A stretch of 64,000 nt of DNA, from NCBI RefSeq assembly GCF_009914755.1, contig NC_060937.1. One strand, given 5' to 3'. Origin of the DNA: the human T2T-CHM13v2.0 reference genome, Homo sapiens. A program made the translations under genes and the position numbers. Positions within the stretch are counted from its first letter, which is position 1. Every line of letters starts with the position of its first letter. The notes under the pieces were generated by a model. The model saw only the letters and a program-made list of their open reading frames with translations, was not told the origin of the DNA and did not search any database. This document shows positions 57,658-64,000 of the stretch, in pieces.

Positions 57658-59268
57658 TGAGATGGGAATGTTTATGTGCTAGGTATGGAGCTAATTTCTG
57701 AATAAATAAAGATGAATACATTCTATGACCTCATCATCTAGTGCCTGTTACAGTGACACAGTGGATATTTTTTCTTGCCTTCTTATTACTCATTTTTGCT
57801 CTCCTCACTAAATATTGAGGAAAACATGAATGCATCATCAGTTTTTCCACTGATACAACTGTTTAAGAAGTACATATGACATTATATTTTTTCTTTCTGT
57901 ATTCTGTAGACTTACCTGTAAAGTCTAAGGCTAACATTGACTTTATGCTAATTAGTACTGTGTTCATTTCAGATGTGTAATATGCCTTGTACAAATATAA
58001 ATAGATAAAACATTAAAGGTGCTACTACTCAAAACACACAGGGAATAAAATATTCTATTTGAAACATCAACATAGAGTTTACAATGAGGGAAATTTTTAT
58101 TCATTAGTTTAAATGGGGCAAAATACAATAAATATTATTTGGTTAAAATAGAGAAAGTTAAGTGGAAAGATGAAATGATGAAGAGCCCAGAGAAAACTGT
58201 TCAGTTTGAATACAAATTGGGAAATTAACACCTAACCTGCCTAGGTAGAATTTCATAGCATTAACTAAAATAATTACTTAAACTTACAAGATTTATTAGA
58301 AAAATATGAATAGAAAAATAAAATGCATTGTTGCATTTTATGTAATTTTACTTGAACTTAGTTGATAACATGTACATAGATTAAGTTGATTTAAATATTT
58401 TATGTACAAAAAACTATATTGTTGAAGATTCTAACAGCTTAAAACTAAAATACAAGATAAACATTTACTTTACAAAAAGAGTAAATAAGATGAAGAATTT
58501 GAAAGAATTTAAGAATTAATTTCAGTTTCTTTTCCAAAATGTATGTGGTTAGCTTACAATGCTTTTACAATCTGTTATTTTATGAGTATGAATATTGATT
58601 TTATTATTACCTAAACATGTATTATTTTTAAAATATGGCAAAAGAATTAAAGTTCTATAGTTTGACAAAGCTGTAAAGCGGATCAATCCTTTGACAGCTT
58701 AATGAATAAAGCATGCATGTAGTTGACACTAATTCATTTAATAAACATTTGTAGAACATATATGTGTAAGAAACTGTGCAAAGGAGATGAATGGCACATT
58801 AAAACAAGAAGACAAGTTTCCAGATACTAAGGAGTTTATGTAACTGTAAGGTACATAAAACAATACAAATGAAAAGGCTAAAATAAATCAGAAAATGAAG
58901 GGAAGAAAACAAATATCCATATTAAGTATACATAATATCTCAAATATTCTTTAAGATGTCTTAAATAGATTTTAATATTTAATCCTAGTGACAGGATAAT
59001 CTGATTTATTACAGATGATATAATTGAGGCTAATACAAATCTGTTGACTTTAAATTTTCAAAGTCTTCCTGAATTATTTGACTGTATAATATTTTGGTAA
59101 ACATAAATAAGTGGATACTAATGCATTGAAACAGAAACAGAATACTGTTCAAGAAATAGAAAAAAATGAAACAATAGAAAAGATCGAATTTGTAGTATGA
59201 CTACAATTTAAGATTTAATAAAGACAAAAATAGAAACCAATATGTAGTTAGGAGGATAGAAAAAAGTA

Positions 59269-59601
59269 CAGTGGACCCTCCATATCCATAGGTTCTGCAT
59301 GTGTGGATTCAACCACCCATGGATCAAAAATATTTGGAAAAACATTTATGAAAAAGTGAACACATATGGAATTCTGCCTTGTCATTATCCCCTAAAGAAC
59401 ACACTATAACTACCTACATAGCATTTACATTGTACTTGGTATCATAAGAAATCTAGAGATGATTTAAAGTATGTGACAGTGTGGATGTAGGTGTATAAAA
59501 TACTATTATACATCATTTTATGGAAGGGTCTTGAGCATCTGTAGATTGTTTTGTCTGAGGGTTCCTAGAACCAGTACCCCACAAATACAGAGGAACAACT
59601 G
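59269..59601. mobile_element. MER2 (TcMar-Tigger MITE)
   Basis: ta|cagtggaccctccatatcc...gaggaacaactg|ta; terminal inverted repeats with TA duplication. Confidence 0.85.
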
Positions 59602-59948
59602 TAATGAGTTCCTAGTAAACTAGGCTGAAGTATTATAACTGTACACAAAATAATTTAAGGCAGAATGATTAAATAATATATAGCAGTATGTATAAGAAGT
59701 GAAGATAATTGAAAATTAAATTGATAGGAAAGACATGACAAATGTAATGAAATCAATGGAAAAGTTAAAACTTTAGCAAGATGTACAAGCAAGGATTGGG
59801 TAGATTTCATCCGAAAGACATAATTTCTAATGACAAAGTACTTTAATAGTCTAGCCTAATATTTTATTGTATCTTAAAACTTCCCTCTGGCTCATTCTGG
59901 TCTGATCACACCAGCTTTCTTATGGCTTCTTTTATCTGCCAAGAATTA

Positions 59949-60190
59949 TGCTCTGGTCTAATTGACCTCCCCAAATTTGTATATTAAAATTCTCACCACC
60001 AAGGTGATAATATTAAAAAATGGGCAATTTGGTAGGTGACTAGATCATGGGAGTGGAGCCCTTATGAAAGGTGCCAGAGAGACACCTCCCTCTTCCACCA
60101 TGTGAGGTTAGACTGAGAAATACATCTCTGTGGTTTATAAGCTGCTCAGTCTATGGCATTTTGTTATAGCAGCCCATGCTAATGAATACA
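59949..60190 (+). mobile_element. MLT1A-like solo LTR, internally deleted
   Basis: tgctctggtct...ttttgttatagcagcccatgctaatgaataca. Confidence 0.7.
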
Positions 60191-61166
60191 GATGACCGTG
60201 TGTCTGCAGACCTTCCTAGGAAATTATTGAGTCCTTCATTGAATACTAAACTGTGAATACATGAGAGAAAATAACTGAAGCCTGGGGTAAAATGCCAACA
60301 CAAAGTGTTTGAAGAACAATTCTCAAAGCTCAGAAAGCTCTGCAAATATTATTGTTGCCACAAACCATAGTAGAAGACAGGGTAATATATGAGCTATTAG
60401 GTAGAATCTTTGGAAGAATCCTGCTTTTGTGATGGAACTCACTCATTCCTAAACCTAAAGCAACTCTACATCTTCTCTAAGAAAATTTTATAGCAATCTC
60501 TAAAAGCATCAAACTGATTCCAAATAATTTAACTGTGTTTGAGAACAAAATACAAATATACAAAAGGAATTCAACAAAATCCGTCACATAACAATATAGA
60601 ATTCACAATATCTGGTTTTGATGAACATAATAATTAGTGTTGAAACATGTTAATTCAGGTGTTAAAAATATGCTTTATTTTTTCAAATAAGATGGGAAAA
60701 TATGTATATTGTGAGAAAATAAAAATGGAAGAAATAAAAACAAGCAGACTCCTAAAACAGAAAAAATAAGTATATTAGATTAAAAATGTATGAATAAATT
60801 TAACAGCACTTTAACCATTGTAGAAAAAATACCAGTGATTTTGATAATATAACAATATAAACTATCCAAAACAGAAAACATAGACACATTTGAAAAAACA
60901 ACCACACTGTGTTGGACAATATCAAGCAGCATAATACAAGAAGAGATGGAGTCCCAGAAGAACACTGAGTGGATGTATGTGTGTGAGTATGTGGTAGGGA
61001 AGAACAAAACCAAAAATTCAAAGAAATGATTGCCAAAATGTTATTAGAATCACAAATAAAGACAAAATGGCAAGGTAAACTATTGTCTAATTTCTGAAAA
61101 TCAGTGATAAAGTGAAAAATCTTAAAAGGCATCAGAGATGAAAAAATAATCCACATCAAAAGAAAT

Positions 61167-61188
61167 ACACACACACACACACACACAC
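61167..61188. repeat. (AC)11 microsatellite
   Basis: Read directly from the sequence. Confidence 0.9.
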
Positions 61189-61714
61189 AAATATGGGTAA
61201 CTTTCTTCAGAAACTATGAAAGCTTGGAGACAATGGAGCAATCATAAATAACTAAATAAGAAAAAACAGCTTTATCTACATTTTTATAACAAGTAGAAAA
61301 TTTTAAGCACTAAAGTAAAATAGGGTTCGTTTATTTTTAGAAAATTAAAAATAGGTTTGGAACTAGGGTAAAGTAAATGACACAACTAGGTCCGAAAACC
61401 TAAAGAGCTACTCACTTTCAGAGTTATATATTTGAGATCGAGAGTGCAAGACTTGTGTCTTGTGTGACCCGAGAGAGTGCCTCATTAAGTTTTTCACCAG
61501 AGGTAATTTGCTCATCTCAACATTGTCTCAGCACTGAACAAAATCTAAAGAATTTCATTGTCAGCCATCCTCCATTGTCATTTATAAGAAAGATTCCTAA
61601 GGCAGAAGTAAAATTTTATGAGATGTATATGTGTGTCTGCAGAAAAAAACTGGCAATGTATTATACTGCATATCAAGTGATATACTATTATTTGAAAGTA
61701 GGCTGTGAAGAGTT

Positions 61715-61800
61715 AAGTATTTATATTTTAAAACTTAAAGTAGAAGTTTTATATTTTAAACCTTAAAACAGAAGTATTTATATTTTAAACCTTAAAGCAG
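61715..61800. repeat. Three tandem copies of a 28-29 bp unit
   Basis: aagtatttatattttaaa(a/c)cttaaa(g/a)(t/c)ag at 61715, 61744 and 61772. Confidence 0.85.
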
Positions 61801-62472
61801 AACCTATAAAAGAAGTACATTAGTAAACCAATAGTAGAAATAACATAAAATAATGAAGTACATATTTAACTAATCTACAAAATGTAAAAAAAGGATAAAT
61901 AATTGAACAAGGAGCATATAAGATAAATAGAAAACATAGCAAGAAGGTATATTTAAACCTAAGCTTATTCATAATCACATTACATTACATGTAAATCATT
62001 CATATACATCAATGAAAAATCAGAAATCCAATTCTGTCTACCAAAATTCTACTGTAAATATAAATACATAGATATCTGTGTGTGTAGTGCAAACAAAAAT
62101 TTATAGAAAACTAGAGTTACTATATTAATGTCAAACTAAATATATTTCAGAACGAAATATATTACCAGTGATAGAAAATATACTCACTGATTATAAAGGG
62201 GTCAATTTATTAAGGTAACTAAACAATATTAACACAAAGAAACTATACATGTTAAGGTGATGAATATCAGAATCCTGATTTGATAATTGTACATCGTATG
62301 CTTGTATGCATATGTACCCCACACATATGTGCAACTATTATGTATCCATAATAATTAAAAATTTTTTAGAAATAAAGAATTAGATAAATGTAATAGTGCC
62401 ATGTGTTTATGTTAGAAAAGAAAAAAGAATCTAATCAGTTCCTAAAGCAAATTAAACCCAAACAAAACAGAA

Positions 62473-62918
62473 TGCTATTGTCTGAATGTTTGTGTCTCCT
62501 CGAATTTCCTATGTAGAAATCCTAACTCCCAAACTTATGGTATTAGGAGATGGGGTCTTTTGGGAGGTGCTTAGATCATGAAAGTAGAGATCTGGGGCTC
62601 TTTTATAAGGGTACTAAATTAGTACTACATTAAGGATAGTAAATGAGTAGTTTTCTTACAAAAGAGACCCCAGAGAGCTACCTTGCTCTTTCCATTATGT
62701 GAAGATGCAGAGAGAAGGAACCATCTATGAACCAGGAAATGGGCCCTCACCAGACATCAAATTTTTGAGTGCCTTGATTTCGGACCTCTCAGCCTCCAGA
62801 ACTATGAGAAGTAAATTTATAAGTTATAAGTTTATATTATTATAAATTATAAAATTATGTTTTTTATAAGCCACAACAAAAAGGTATTTTTCTATTGCAG
62901 TCGAAATGTACTAAGGTA
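62473..62918 (+). mobile_element. MLT1A/MLT1A0-like solo LTR inserted in L1M
   Basis: tgctattgtctgaatgtttgtgtc...ccatctatgaaccaggaaatgggccctcaccagac...cagcctccagaactatgag. Confidence 0.8.
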
Positions 62919-64000
62919 AAAAGAAATAATAAAATACATATAAGAACAAAAATCAATAAAAATTGAAAGAACACCAAAATGGAATATCAATAAAATAAAA
63001 AGCTAATTTATTAAAAAATGAAAAAATTCTAGCTATACTCAACAAAAAAGAGAAAAAATACTAAATACTAAAGCCAGTAATGAAAGACTGTCACTAATTA
63101 TACTATAGTTATAAAATGATAGTAAGCACACAATGTTTAAACTTTATGCAAATACATTTTAAAAGTTTGGTAAACGGACACATTACTTGAGAGAAAAGAG
63201 GTTACAAAATTCACTTAAAAATAAAGAGACACTATGAATAATCCTGCATCTGTTAAATACATTAAATCTATAATTTGAAACTCACACGCAAAATAATTCC
63301 AGGTCAGGAAGGTTTCACTCTTGTATTCTCACAATGTTTAAAGAATAAATAGTAACAATTCTATGCAAAGTCTTTCAGAAATAAAAGAAGCAGCAACCCT
63401 AACAGTACATTATATGAGGTACAGATTACCCATAAAGGAAAAAAATAGGTAGAGATTAACAGAAAACTACAGACCTACATTTTGATTTAAAAAATTTGTA
63501 TAGGATTATTTTATTAAAAGTAGAAAAGCATTTGATGACATTTTACACATATTCATAATAAAGACTTACAGAAAAGTAGGCAAGAGAAACAAATTATTTC
63601 AAAAGTAATAAACATATATAAAAATAGTTAATATAGTGAAATAACAATTGGTTCCTCCTACTATAAGAAAGAATGCAAAAATATCCACTATGAACCATTC
63701 TGTTCGATACTTAGAAAACTGCAATACAGTGCTGAGAGACATTAAGGCAGACCTAAATAAATGGAGAGATAAACCAAGTTCAATAATTTGAATGCTTTGT
63801 AGTGTTAAGAAGGTAGTTCTACTAAATTGATTTCTAGATTAATTGCAATATCAGTCCAGATCTCAGTAGGCTTTTTATATAAATAACAAATATTTTTTCA
63901 AAATTTCTATGTAATGTTATAAAATATTATAAATTAATATTGAAAATGTTTTACATGAAAGTTCAAATTTCTGGAGCCTTTTAAGATAAGAGGACGGCAG

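Larger units (their letters stand above)
60200..64000 (+). mobile_element. Ancient L1M 5'/ORF1/ORF2 fragments, with an L1MA-type 3' end at about 62240-62372
   Basis: A-rich degenerate L1 motifs (cttcagaaactatgaaagcttggagacaatgg, gtagaaaagcatttgatgaca, gacctaaataaatggagagat). Confidence 0.6.

Noticed and set aside
61715-61800. CRISPR-like array
   Set aside because: The units are contiguous with no unique spacers, and the context is eukaryotic.

Overview
AT-rich, gene-poor primate DNA, probably human because it carries an AluYa5-like insertion. No intact protein-coding gene is supported; the ORF track is explained by repeat-derived or chance frames. The window is mostly layered transposable elements: THE1/MST MaLR elements (two complete, with paired LTRs), ERV solo LTRs (LTR22 with a second ERV1 LTR nested inside, MER31, an ERVL-type LTR), many L1 fragments, 11 Alus, a near full-length Tigger1, MER8 and MER2. 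Two RNA-derived retrocopies are present. One is a full-length 7SL pseudogene. The other is a semi-processed retrocopy that starts at the 5' end of the intronic snoRNA SNORA70, keeps the downstream intron remnant, and continues into spliced RPL10 3' exons, consistent with a fossil snoRNA-capped, polyadenylated RNA. Five small clusters of locally templated inverted repeats look like template-switch or Pol theta-type repair scars. Repeat subfamily names come from recalled consensus sequences, and boundaries of old elements are approximate.
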